Shown piece by piece: positions 26,353-35,495 of a stretch of 64,000 nucleotides of DNA; within the stretch, counting starts at the first letter, position 1, and every line of letters starts with the position of its first letter. The position numbers were made by a program, and so were the translations under genes. The DNA is taken from the NCBI GenBank assembly GCA_043821585.1, contig JBDRCQ010000002.1, forward strand, positions 133,969 through 197,968. Reading direction: 5' to 3'. The DNA is from an archaeon (GTDB lineage: Archaea > Nanobdellota > Nanobdellia > Pacearchaeales > GW2011-AR1). The notes below the pieces were generated by a model. That model searched no databases. It was not told the DNA's origin and worked only from the letters and a program-made list of their open reading frames with translations.

Positions 26353-27508
26353 TATCAATGTAAAAGAAACGATAATAGATAAAACTTCACCATTTAACAT
26401 AAAGAGGTTTAACTTAAGGGGATTGGGTTCGGATTTTTTTACAAAGACGGCAGATATAACAAATGTAAACAAAAAATACACAGAAGAAGTTTTGGGTTCT
26501 AAGGCCGATAGGTTTATTTTTGAAAAAGGCAAGGAAATACCCTCGTTTGATAAAATAATGGAGATTATTAAGGAAACAGATGAAAGAAAGCTGAATTCTT
26601 TTTTTGACAAGAAAGCATGGTTAAATAATAAATTTACAGTCCTACATTCTATCCTTAAGTTCAATCCGTATAAACATATTAAAAGACTGAATCAAATTGA
26701 TGGGTTTTGGTACTATTACTATTCTTATTCGAAGGACATGGTTCTTATCCCCAATGTCCTAAAAGAAAGAACGCCCTATGATGAAGAAGGGAAAGCCCTT
26801 AGCAAGGAGACCATAATTAATCTCCTAGATTATAAAAAGTATGTTGACGAAACGTATGAGATCTTTAACGCAATGAATAATAAGCCCCTCTTTGTTCCGC
26901 TATCTATTAGGTTCGACATAGGTGAAATCGGGGACTTATTAGAGCATTATTTGAAAAAAGAGTATTTTTATATTTGGATTGATTTTGAAGGCAAACCTGC
27001 AGATCCTGCGAATAGCGCTGTCTACGCTAAGGTTTTGAAAATAAATACTGTGCTGAGAAATTCTAAATCTTTTGATAAGTGCATCCTGTATGTCACGAAT
27101 ATTAAAAGGGAAATAACTTCAAATCCGAAAGAGTCCTTCAGCCCGGCGTCTAATGTTTTAACTTCTTTGTGTGGAGCAAACATTGTTGGGAAGAACAAGG
27201 AACCAAAGAGAAAGTTTCCTCCAAGCGAGGAGAATAAAAAGAAAGTAATTCAACATAAAGCAAGGGTTTTTCAGGAAGATACATACTACTATCATATTAT
27301 AGAAAACTCTCCAATTTCTATGATAAAGAATATAACAGAAAATACAGATAAATTGGCTAGTGAATTTGATAATCAAAAACAGAATTTCCTGAAAGATTTT
27401 GATATAAAAAACTATTTAGGTAGTAAGAAGATGATACAGGAATATGCTGGCGGAAAAATATTACGTTCCCTTAATCTTAAGGATAGGGTGAAGAGGAATG
27501 TTGTGTAA
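26345..27508 (+). CDS. hypothetical protein (387 aa), no recognisable family
   Basis: Long ATG ORF overlapping the previous gene by 8 nt. The region is very AT-rich. Confidence 0.5.
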   Translation: MSDINVKETIIDKTSPFNIKRFNLRGLGSDFFTKTADITNVNKKYTEEVLGSKADRFIFEKGKEIPSFDKIMEIIKETDERKLNSFFDKKAWLNNKFTVLHSILKFNPYKHIKRLNQIDGFWYYYYSYSKDMVLIPNVLKERTPYDEEGKALSKETIINLLDYKKYVDETYEIFNAMNNKPLFVPLSIRFDIGEIGDLLEHYLKKEYFYIWIDFEGKPADPANSAVYAKVLKINTVLRNSKSFDKCILYVTNIKREITSNPKESFSPASNVLTSLCGANIVGKNKEPKRKFPPSEENKKKVIQHKARVFQEDTYYYHIIENSPISMIKNITENTDKLASEFDNQKQNFLKDFDIKNYLGSKKMIQEYAGGKILRSLNLKDRVKRNVV

Positions 27509-27515
27509 TTTTTGC

Positions 27516-28793
27516 TTATCTCTTATTCTTCTTCAGCACTTCCAATCCCTGTAACTTCTTCCCCGCAATATATTCATCCAACGCGCCACCTGATAATGAA
27601 ATATAGCCAAACTTCTTTTTGTTGATTTTTAGTTTGCTGATGGCATCGGTTGTGTGGCCGCCGCCGACTACAGAGAAGGCTTTGCTGTTTGCGATGGCTT
27701 TCATTATGGCGTTTGTGCCTTGGCAGAACTGCATGTCTTCGCAGTAACCTGCAACGCCTTTCATGAAGATTGATTTGGCTTGCTTGATTTTTTTGACGTA
27801 GAGTTTTTGGGTTTGTGGGCCGATGTCGAAGATTTCGTATTCGCTTGGGAAATCTTTTAATGAGATGTCTTTGCGTTTGCCGTTGACGTTGACAGCGAAG
27901 TCAATCGGTGTGAAGATGTTTTTGACTAATGGTGCGAGAGCGGGGACGAATTCTTTGATTTTGTTGTCTAGGAATTCGTTTTGGGCTCCGAGATTTGTGC
28001 CTTTGGCGATTGTGCAGAGCTGGCCGAAGATGCCGCAGGTTAGGACGTTTTGCGAGATATTTTTGCTCCCACCCACCCGCCCAGATAGTGCAATCGTCGC
28101 ACTATCCCTCTTGCTGTGCAACGATTGCTTATTTGTTGCAAAAGTATCTCTCTTTGGATTTTCTGCTTCAGAAAAATCTCGTGAACTTTGGACAGAGCTT
28201 TTTACAATATCAATGTTTTCTTTGGGTTTTGCGCCGCCGAAGATGTAAAGTGTGTCTTTGAGGTTGATTTTTTCGAGGCTTTTGACTTCGGCTTCCATGA
28301 CTCTGCCTATTCCGCAGGGGAGGACCTTTGGGAAACCTGTAACAGAGGTTTGCGCTCTATGGGAAACTGAGAAGGCGTCGTTTATGTAGATGTCGAATAA
28401 TGGCGCGAGGATTGTTATTAATGAGTTGTTTTTTATTGAGGTGTTGAATTCGTCTTTTTCTGAGCGGATGTTTTCTAGGAGGAGGACTTCGCCTGGTTTT
28501 AGGGTAGTGATTGCTTTGATTGCTTGTTTTCCGAGAATGTCGGGGACGAATTTGGCTTTGATTAATTTGGCGTGCTGTTTCAAAGAAGTAAAGTCTTTTT
28601 CTCCCGGCCTAGATTGGTGAGCGAGGATTACTGTTTTGGCCTTTTTCTTTTTTAGTTCATTGAGGGTTTGCATGTGGGCTTTCATTCTTTCACTGAATTG
28701 AGCTTTTCCTTTGATGATTTCTGTGTTTAAATCTAAACGTAGGAGGACGCGTTTGTTGCGGACGTTTAGGGTTGAGAGTGTGCGGAGTTTCAT
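27516..28793 (-). CDS. pgk: phosphoglycerate kinase carrying a ~43-codon in-frame insertion
   Basis: Recognisable motifs include VLLRLDLN, AHQSRPG, NDAFSVSHR, FGGAKP, GVAGYCE and GGGHT. The start is ATG 28793, overlapping the cdd stop as ATGA; the track ORF is extended to 28898. Confidence 0.9.
   Translation of the reverse strand: MKLRTLSTLNVRNKRVLLRLDLNTEIIKGKAQFSERMKAHMQTLNELKKKKAKTVILAHQSRPGEKDFTSLKQHAKLIKAKFVPDILGKQAIKAITTLKPGEVLLLENIRSEKDEFNTSIKNNSLITILAPLFDIYINDAFSVSHRAQTSVTGFPKVLPCGIGRVMEAEVKSLEKINLKDTLYIFGGAKPKENIDIVKSSVQSSRDFSEAENPKRDTFATNKQSLHSKRDSATIALSGRVGGSKNISQNVLTCGIFGQLCTIAKGTNLGAQNEFLDNKIKEFVPALAPLVKNIFTPIDFAVNVNGKRKDISLKDFPSEYEIFDIGPQTQKLYVKKIKQAKSIFMKGVAGYCEDMQFCQGTNAIMKAIANSKAFSVVGGGHTTDAISKLKINKKKFGYISLSGGALDEYIAGKKLQGLEVLKKNKR
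28053..28181 (-). repeat. GC-rich, inverted-repeat-bounded structured element inserted in frame in pgk
   Basis: In mRNA sense it is bounded by CGAGATTTTT … AAAAATATCTCG. It contains a 13-bp hairpin (28090-28102 / 28116-28128) and GGGCGGGTGGGTGGG (28068-28082). It shares motifs with the elements at 47284-47433 and 60474-60570. Confidence 0.6.
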
Positions 28794-29191
28794 TTGATTG
28801 GTAGGGGGTATAAGGCATTTAGTTTCACTTTTTTGTCTTTTGAGATTATTACAAATGGATCGCCGAATTGACTGATAACGTGTCTGCATGAGCCGCAAGG
28901 TTGCATTACGTTTGTTTTGCCTTTGTTTTCATATACACAGGCGATTGTGTTGATTGATTTTTCTCCGTTCGAGATCATGGAAGCGATTGCTGCAGTTTCG
29001 CTACAAATCGACGTAGGACCAGAAAGTTTACTTTCGATATTTATCCCTTTGTAGATATTTCCTTTTTTAGTTATTAATGCACAGCCCACATCACATGCTA
29101 CTTGGCGAGTGTCTATCTTGTGGTTTTTCGACATGTCTCTTGCTAGTTTGATTAATTCCCTATCTTGGCTTGTTAGTTTGTAGGTTTTCAT
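28790..29191 (-). CDS. cdd: cytidine deaminase
   Basis: The zinc-binding motifs CSETAAI (C[AS]E) and PCGSCRH are present. The length is 133 aa. Confidence 0.8.
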   Translation of the reverse strand: MKTYKLTSQDRELIKLARDMSKNHKIDTRQVACDVGCALITKKGNIYKGINIESKLSGPTSICSETAAIASMISNGEKSINTIACVYENKGKTNVMQPCGSCRHVISQFGDPFVIISKDKKVKLNALYPLPIK

Positions 29192-29970
29192 TTTAACTTT
29201 GTTTTTATTGCAAGGACTAGTGGGTATTTGGTGTACTTTTCATATTCCTCTGGGAAGTACCTTTTGGATTTGGTGGAGGGTTTGCAATCTTTGTATTGCA
29301 TTATTTCAAAGCCGTTTTTAATCAATGTGTTGAGTAAGGTTTCGTAGGTAATATGGTGTGAACGAATTTTTACAGTTTTTATTTTACCATCGGCACATTT
29401 AACATTTTCCCAGTTTGCTGAAATTGTTCTTTCCTTGAAATAGTCGCCAACCACTTTGTATTTCTTATCTTTAACTTTCATCGTGTCTGCAATTTCTGTT
29501 ACTGGATTTCCTGTTGAAAGGATAAAGAGCCCTCCCCTTTTAAGAACTCTTTTTATTTCTTTCAACATTTTGTTCCAATCATTTAGATAATGAACAACTA
29601 GTGATGAAATAACGATATCAAATTTCTCTTTGAAAGGGATTTTATATCCTGAACCGTGTCTCAAATCCAGTTCTGGATTTTTTTGTTTTGCTATTGCCAA
29701 CATTTGTTTTGAGATGTCAAAACCTTTTACTTTGGCGCCCTTTTTTGTCAGAATTTCTGCGTAGATGCCAGAACCGCAACCGAAATCAAGGATCTTTTTA
29801 CCCTTTATTCTTCCAAGAAGCTCGAGCATTGTGGGCATCTCTAAAAATTCATTATAAAACCAACCATGTGGACAGTCTTTTGTTCTTAGGTCGTGGTATG
29901 ACTGTGCTAAGTTGTCGTAAATTCCAACTGCGATTTTTTCGTCGGTGTTCATTTTGACTTTGTCCTCCAA
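29188..29970 (-). CDS. class I SAM-dependent methyltransferase
   Basis: Motif I is ILDFGCGSGIYA, followed by the post-I acidic segment KGFDIS. Confidence 0.8.
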   Translation of the reverse strand: MEDKVKMNTDEKIAVGIYDNLAQSYHDLRTKDCPHGWFYNEFLEMPTMLELLGRIKGKKILDFGCGSGIYAEILTKKGAKVKGFDISKQMLAIAKQKNPELDLRHGSGYKIPFKEKFDIVISSLVVHYLNDWNKMLKEIKRVLKRGGLFILSTGNPVTEIADTMKVKDKKYKVVGDYFKERTISANWENVKCADGKIKTVKIRSHHITYETLLNTLIKNGFEIMQYKDCKPSTKSKRYFPEEYEKYTKYPLVLAIKTKLK

Positions 29971-30338
29971 TATTCGTTAAGATGGGAAATCTTGTTGCCT
30001 TTCATTTTGATTATCATGATGCCGGCCATGTGATCTTGTCTCCACTTCATGTCTTTTTTCCATTTGTGGGCATTTTTACATTCCCACTCTGCGAAGCCTA
30101 CTTTTTTATCTGAGGAGATGTAACATTTCCCGAGTTTAAATCTTATGTTTTTTGTTTCTTCGCCTACGACTTGGTTCCAGAAGTTTGCTATTTTTTTGTG
30201 GCCTTTGATTGTTTTGGCAAGCGGACTTTCTTGGTAGACTCCGTCTTTTGCGAAGATAGATAGCAAGAGATCTGAGTCTTGGTTTTCCCAGGCTCTGCCG
30301 TAGGTTTTCATAGTTGATTTTAGTTGTTGGAGGTTCAT
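29949..30338 (-). CDS. SnoaL/NTF2-like fold protein
   Basis: 129 aa. The pattern YGRAWENQDSDLLLSIFAKDGVY…GFAEWE is typical of SnoaL-like proteins. Confidence 0.55.
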   Translation of the reverse strand: MNLQQLKSTMKTYGRAWENQDSDLLLSIFAKDGVYQESPLAKTIKGHKKIANFWNQVVGEETKNIRFKLGKCYISSDKKVGFAEWECKNAHKWKKDMKWRQDHMAGIMIIKMKGNKISHLNEYWRTKSK

Positions 30339-30814
30339 TATTTGTTATCAACCACCTTTTGTCTTATTTCTTTAATATGGGTTTCGTTTAGTTTGCTTAA
30401 AATTTCTTTGGATTTGGCTACAAAGTCTGGTGCCCCCTTTATTATGAAATCAACATCTTCTTTATCAATTATTCTGTCCACATAATATTGAGCGATGTTT
30501 CTAAGTTTGAATGCTTTTTTTATTATGTCTTCATCGCTTTTTGTGTATAAGCTTGACAGGAATGTTTCCATGAACTTTATTGAGCAGGAATGAATCTCGC
30601 ATTTTATTCCGATTTGTCCCATGATTGCGTAGAGGGAGTAGTACGTTGAATAATAGCAAGCAGAGATTGAGAAAACTAAATTGTGCTTTGCTTCGCGGTT
30701 CATTGTTCCGAGTGCGTTTTCAGCCATCTTAATGTAACTTTCTGCAAGATTTTCATTTGGTTCTATTGCTTTGATTCCCTCTTTTTGTTTAAAGCACCAG
30801 TTTAGGCTCACCAT
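30338..30814 (-). CDS. HEPN domain protein
   Basis: It has a KLRNIAQYY motif and overlaps the upstream MNT gene by 7 nt. Confidence 0.65.
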   Translation of the reverse strand: MVSLNWCFKQKEGIKAIEPNENLAESYIKMAENALGTMNREAKHNLVFSISACYYSTYYSLYAIMGQIGIKCEIHSCSIKFMETFLSSLYTKSDEDIIKKAFKLRNIAQYYVDRIIDKEDVDFIIKGAPDFVAKSKEILSKLNETHIKEIRQKVVDNK

Positions 30815-31365
30815 ATCAAATTGACAAATTCATCTACTCCTTTCAAGACAATGTGGTTTTTTATAACTTCCTCAATGAATTGTTCTTTTTTATTGAACTT
30901 CTTTTTTGATGATTTAATTAGGTTGATTTCAATGTTGAACGTTTTTTCTAGATTCTCTACGCTTGGGGATTTTCCCAGAACAAATATGTCTAAATCTGAT
31001 TTTGAAGTTTTTGTGTTCGAGGCATAGCTGCCAAAGATAACTAAGATTCCTTCAACTGATTGCTCTAGTTGGTCGAATAGATTAAGTAGTTTTTTGTTCT
31101 GATTTAGAAAGGTTAGTTTTCTATGTATCTCTATGATTTTTATTATTTCTTTGATGTGTGGATTAAGTTTGTTTAGAGAATATGTTTTGTTTTTGCCTTC
31201 GAATTTATATCTCACTATGCCATTTTTTTCTAATTTGTTGAGGACGTTTGCCACTGTTTTTTGGTTCATGCCTGTTTTTTTGGCTAAAGCTCTGCCGTAG
31301 ATTCTTTTATGGAAATCGTCTGCGAATTCTTCTAAGACCTTGGACTCTTTTGTATTGAGTAACAT
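30808..31365 (-). CDS. nucleotidyltransferase (MNT) with N-terminal wHTH
   Basis: The NTase motif is FGSYASNTKTSKSDLDIFVLG. The N-terminal HTH is MNQKTVANVLNKLEKNGIV. Confidence 0.75.
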   Translation of the reverse strand: MLLNTKESKVLEEFADDFHKRIYGRALAKKTGMNQKTVANVLNKLEKNGIVRYKFEGKNKTYSLNKLNPHIKEIIKIIEIHRKLTFLNQNKKLLNLFDQLEQSVEGILVIFGSYASNTKTSKSDLDIFVLGKSPSVENLEKTFNIEINLIKSSKKKFNKKEQFIEEVIKNHIVLKGVDEFVNLIW

Positions 31366-31420
31366 GTTACTTATATGAGTAAATAGTTATTTAAGGGTTT
31401 TGGTTGGGGAGGAGAATGAG

Positions 31421-31942
31421 TTATTTCCTGAACTTAAGGAACTTAGTTTTTATTTTGTATTTGTCGTAGATCATTTTTGGATAGTAATCTTTTTCTGTGT
31501 AACCTAAGAGGTTTGCGACTTTTTTGATGTTTGGTTTTGAACCCTCGATTTCAATCAATTCAGGCATTTTAGGGAATTTCATTATTGAAACTAAGCAGTT
31601 ATAGAGTTTCCAGTCTTCGCGCATGACTTCGACCGCGCCGATTTGTTTTAGCCCTATTGTTTTGAGGCCAGATTTTGCTTCTTTGATGTTTTCGATTCTT
31701 GTTTCGTGTTCTTCCATAGTTTTAACGCCCTTAACGAATTTGACTTTTGACTTGAAGGCAATTGTGTTCCCGAGAATGTTCTTTCTTAATCTGATGACTC
31801 CTTTTTTATCGATTTCTTTATTGGCATAGAAGTAGTTGCCTTGAAGGTTTTTTGGCATGACGAGTTTTGCCTTGTGTTTCTTAAGGATGTTTCTAATTTT
31901 TGTAGGATTGACTTCGAGGATTTTTACTTCGGTTTCTTTCAT
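31421..31942 (-). CDS. CYTH-domain protein (CyaB-like adenylyl cyclase / triphosphatase)
   Basis: It has an N-terminal ExExK motif (TEVKILEV), followed by IRLR, HETRIEN and LIEIEG. Confidence 0.7.
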   Translation of the reverse strand: MKETEVKILEVNPTKIRNILKKHKAKLVMPKNLQGNYFYANKEIDKKGVIRLRKNILGNTIAFKSKVKFVKGVKTMEEHETRIENIKEAKSGLKTIGLKQIGAVEVMREDWKLYNCLVSIMKFPKMPELIEIEGSKPNIKKVANLLGYTEKDYYPKMIYDKYKIKTKFLKFRK

Positions 31943-32712
31943 TTTTCAATCTCCGAATTAATCTTCCAACCATCAATATTAAATCCACCCATTCGTTTGA
32001 AGACGTGATCTTTTAGCTTGTTGATTTTTTTCATCATTGTGTTTTTATTGCTTATTTGCATGGTATCTATAAATAATGAAGTGAACTTTTGGTCCTTGAA
32101 TTTTTTGAGGAGGTACTTCTTTCTGGTTTTTTCTTTGTTTAATACATCGAATGTTTTGGAAGTTCCGCTGATTGGTTCGCCTAGGAACCGGGCATATGTT
32201 TCGTACATTCTTTTCAGAGCTTCAAAGTAGATGTAGTAAAAGTCTGGGGAATTCTTCTTGAAACTATCTTCTATATTGTCTATTCTGTCCCAGGTAGCAT
32301 ACTTCTCTAATTCTTTATTGATATTGCCCATTTTTGTGAACTTTTTTCTTTTGAATTCTTTGGCTGTTTTTACCAATTTTTTGACTTCTCCCTTTTTGTC
32401 AAACAGGACTTTTCCGGTAAGGAACATGTTGGGAGCCATATGGGTGTTGTCTCTTAAGTCCTCTTCAAAATATTTGATTATCTGTTTTGGAGGATTTGCA
32501 AAATATTCTATTAGGAAGCCGTCTACAATCCTATTTCCTCTTTCTCTCCACTTTACTTTTTTGTCGAGCACTATTTGGATGTCTATATCAGAGTTTGCAC
32601 TAGCGTCTCCAAATAGGTAACTTCCGCAGACTACTGCTCCGATTACCTCTTTCTTTTCCTTCCAATATTTTAGAAACTTTTCTGTTGCGATTTCCCACTT
32701 CTCTTTTTTCAT
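31939..32712 (-). CDS. nucleotidyltransferase-domain protein (KNTase/ANT-like)
   Basis: It carries the motif CGSYLFGDASANSDIDIQIVL. Confidence 0.65.
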   Translation of the reverse strand: MKKEKWEIATEKFLKYWKEKKEVIGAVVCGSYLFGDASANSDIDIQIVLDKKVKWRERGNRIVDGFLIEYFANPPKQIIKYFEEDLRDNTHMAPNMFLTGKVLFDKKGEVKKLVKTAKEFKRKKFTKMGNINKELEKYATWDRIDNIEDSFKKNSPDFYYIYFEALKRMYETYARFLGEPISGTSKTFDVLNKEKTRKKYLLKKFKDQKFTSLFIDTMQISNKNTMMKKINKLKDHVFKRMGGFNIDGWKINSEIEK

Positions 32713-32713
32713 C

Positions 32714-34036
32714 TTAGTCTTTCCCCTCCGAGAAAACAGGCATGTCGTCTTCGGAGATTTCTTTTTGGATGGCTTTGGTTTCTTCTTTGTGGATGTTGAG
32801 GAATGGGAGGAGGCCCTTGAAGTGGCCGGTTTCTGCGAAGAAGGCGAATATTGCTACCAGAACGATGCTTACTAATATTATTGCCAGTACTAACGAGAGA
32901 ACTGTGTCTGCTCCAGGGATCGCTTCTTGAACTGCGATTTGGGCAAGCACTGCTGCTGCGAGACCCTTAGGGATTAGGGATTCCATTATTGCTTTGCTTT
33001 TTACGTCTACGTCTTCTCCCCAGAATGAGAGTGTGACAACGAATGGGCGGATTATCAACATGCCTGCTGTGAAGATTAGGGCGTAGCCGAAAATCATTGG
33101 TTGGGAAAGGTCGATGAGTATGCCCAAGTAAACGAAGAAGAATACTTTCACGAAGAAGGAGATTTCGCGGTAGAAACCGCGGGCGCTATGGGATAGGGCG
33201 CTCCTTACGGCCGGTTCTTTGTCTGTGTGGTTCTTAACGCGGAGGAATGTTGATCTTATTCCCTTTGAGTTTCCGAGGACTAGGCCGAATGTTAGAGCAG
33301 CGATTGCACCGCTTGCGCCGACGAAGGGGCTTTCTACGAAGGCGTATAGGCCCATGACAACGGCTACTGTGACCATATAAGAGTCCATTAGCAGTCTTGA
33401 TTTTGAGAGAAGCATCATCCAGATGAAACCTGCGACTAGCCCGATGACTAGTGCTAGGGAGAATGAAGAGAGGATTGAACGGAAGACTGATGAGCCTGAG
33501 ATTTCGCCGGTTTTGATTATTGCTATTATTGTTATGGTGCCAACAATGCAGAGAACGTCAGAGATTGCTGATTCGAGAGTTAGAATTAATCCGTATCTTT
33601 TCTTGATTGTTAAGTTTTGGACTAATGGAATGACAACCGCAGAGGACGTGCCTCCGAGAATTGTGCCGAGAAGCATCGATGTCATGAACGGGAGTTTTAA
33701 GGAGAAGAGGGCTATTGCGCTGACTACGAAAAAGGTTAGGGCGAAACTTAAAACGGTGAGGAGGGTTGCTCTTGAGAGGGATTCAAATAGTTTTTTGAAT
33801 TGGATATTTAATGAGCCTTGAAATAGGATGAAGACTAAGGCGAATGTTGTGAATAGCCGGGCGCCGAAACCGAGGTCCTCTGCATTTACCCATCCGAATA
33901 CGTGGTTTATTAGGATGCCAGCACCGATTAGGAGGAGGACGTCGGGAATGCGGGTTTTTCTGAAGATCAGTTCGCTGATGAAGCCGAGGAAAACTAGACC
34001 TGCAATAACTGCGAAAACTGTGATCACCTCTGCCAT
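32714..34036 (-). CDS. cation:proton (Na+/H+) antiporter, CPA family
   Basis: 440-aa protein with about 11-12 TM segments. The N-terminus IAGLVFLGFISELIFRKTRIPDVLLLIGAGILI is typical of this family. Confidence 0.7.
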   Translation of the reverse strand: MAEVITVFAVIAGLVFLGFISELIFRKTRIPDVLLLIGAGILINHVFGWVNAEDLGFGARLFTTFALVFILFQGSLNIQFKKLFESLSRATLLTVLSFALTFFVVSAIALFSLKLPFMTSMLLGTILGGTSSAVVIPLVQNLTIKKRYGLILTLESAISDVLCIVGTITIIAIIKTGEISGSSVFRSILSSFSLALVIGLVAGFIWMMLLSKSRLLMDSYMVTVAVVMGLYAFVESPFVGASGAIAALTFGLVLGNSKGIRSTFLRVKNHTDKEPAVRSALSHSARGFYREISFFVKVFFFVYLGILIDLSQPMIFGYALIFTAGMLIIRPFVVTLSFWGEDVDVKSKAIMESLIPKGLAAAVLAQIAVQEAIPGADTVLSLVLAIILVSIVLVAIFAFFAETGHFKGLLPFLNIHKEETKAIQKEISEDDMPVFSEGKD

Positions 34037-34037
34037 G

Positions 34038-34550
34038 TTAATGGGATGTTTCTTTGGTTTTTAAGGGTTTTGAGGATTGTTTTACTTCCCTTTCTAATTC
34101 CTTACATATCTCGAAATAATTCTCTTTTTTCCCGCCGGTTTTCTTGGCTCGCTTGTATACTCTTTCTTTATCTTCCCAGAGCTTTAAAATTTTTGGATTT
34201 TTCTTGAAGTACTCTTTGACATCTCGTAGATATTTTTTAAGTATGCCTTTTGGATCGTACATTATTTTGTGAGGTAGTGAAGCGTATTGTGCGTAGATCT
34301 TCTTGGAAAAATCTTCTTTGAATTGTTTGAGGGCGTACATGCTAAAATCTACTCCGATGCCATCGACTTTTTTGTGATATAATTCGTAAGGTTTGTTTCT
34401 CTTTTTGAAGATGAATTCAATATCTAAATCTGATTTTTTCCTTGCTTTTCTTTTCGCGAGACTTCCGAAAATATAGATTCCAACTACGTTTTTGTCCTTG
34501 GAATATTCTTTAGTTAATTCGGCAGCCAGTTTTTTGTGTTTCTTGGTCAT
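34038..34550 (-). CDS. nucleotidyltransferase-domain protein
   Basis: It carries the motif IYIFGSLAKRKARKKSDLDIEFIF. Confidence 0.65.
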   Translation of the reverse strand: MTKKHKKLAAELTKEYSKDKNVVGIYIFGSLAKRKARKKSDLDIEFIFKKRNKPYELYHKKVDGIGVDFSMYALKQFKEDFSKKIYAQYASLPHKIMYDPKGILKKYLRDVKEYFKKNPKILKLWEDKERVYKRAKKTGGKKENYFEICKELEREVKQSSKPLKTKETSH

Positions 34551-35494
34551 TTCATCCTCTTTTTCAACAGAGCTTCTAACTCCATATATTTATTATACTT
34601 TTTGACCATGAACTTTAACATTTCTAGTCTTTTTTTCTCGTTTTTCATTCTTCCCCTGTAGGCCCACCTGAATCCGTGGCAGTTTCCAAGAAGTTTGTTG
34701 TTGACAAGGTTTTGTATTTCCGATTTTTGGATTTTGTTGTATTTTTGATATTCTTTTATGAAAAGTATGCTCTGGTTGAGATCAAAGATATTCAGGAAGA
34801 AGTCGTTTATGCGTGGACCGTAGCCGACATTTTCGAAGTCGAGGATTCCTGTTAATCTGCTTTTGTTGAATAGAATATTTGATGGATGAAAGTCTTGATG
34901 GCAAACTATTGGGTTTTTTGTTTGTTTGTGTTTTAGTCCTCTTTCAAGGGCTTTTATGAATGTGTCTACATGACTCAGCATGTATTTGTCTACTTCTGTG
35001 CGAGGTTCGAGTTTCTTCATGTCTTGTAACTCTTTCGCGAGCCATTTGTGACTTTCATTTTTTAGGAACTCTTTGTGTTTTTGCATTTTTGCAATTGTTT
35101 TGTGGAGGAATGCTAGGGCTTTCGCCATTTCTCTCACGTGTTTGACTTGTGGTCTTTTGATTGTTCGTCCTTTCAATCTAGGGTAAACTTCTATGAGGTT
35201 CCCAGAAATTTTTGTTATACATTCTCCTTTTTTGTCTTTGATGAAGTGAGCTACTTCGTAAGGGAATTTGTTTTTGATTAGAAACTCAATTACAAGATAC
35301 TGCAGTTTTTTTTGCCTTGTCCAATAAGGGTTTTTTAGGTTGTATCCTAAGACTCTTACAATAAATTCGCCCTTGCTCGTCTTGAAAACGTAGTTGTGGC
35401 TTATGTTTCCTCCTTCTACTAACTTGGTTTGTTTGACTTTGCCGAGACCGTAAGCTTCTGAGATCTTTGTGACTAGGGTTTTGGAGAGTTTCAT
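34547..35494 (-). CDS. APH/choline-kinase-family phosphotransferase
   Basis: The catalytic loop is VCHQDFHPSNILF (HxDxxxxN) and the metal-binding segment is ILDFENVGYG. Confidence 0.75.
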   Translation of the reverse strand: MKLSKTLVTKISEAYGLGKVKQTKLVEGGNISHNYVFKTSKGEFIVRVLGYNLKNPYWTRQKKLQYLVIEFLIKNKFPYEVAHFIKDKKGECITKISGNLIEVYPRLKGRTIKRPQVKHVREMAKALAFLHKTIAKMQKHKEFLKNESHKWLAKELQDMKKLEPRTEVDKYMLSHVDTFIKALERGLKHKQTKNPIVCHQDFHPSNILFNKSRLTGILDFENVGYGPRINDFFLNIFDLNQSILFIKEYQKYNKIQKSEIQNLVNNKLLGNCHGFRWAYRGRMKNEKKRLEMLKFMVKKYNKYMELEALLKKRMK

Positions 35495-35495
35495 T

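Noticed and set aside
23824-31365. Prophage or integrated mobile element spanning the accessory island
   Set aside because: No integrase, transposase, capsid or terminase-like motif was recognised, and no flanking direct repeats were seen. Housekeeping genes (pgk, cdd) are interleaved. I describe it only as a TA-rich accessory region.
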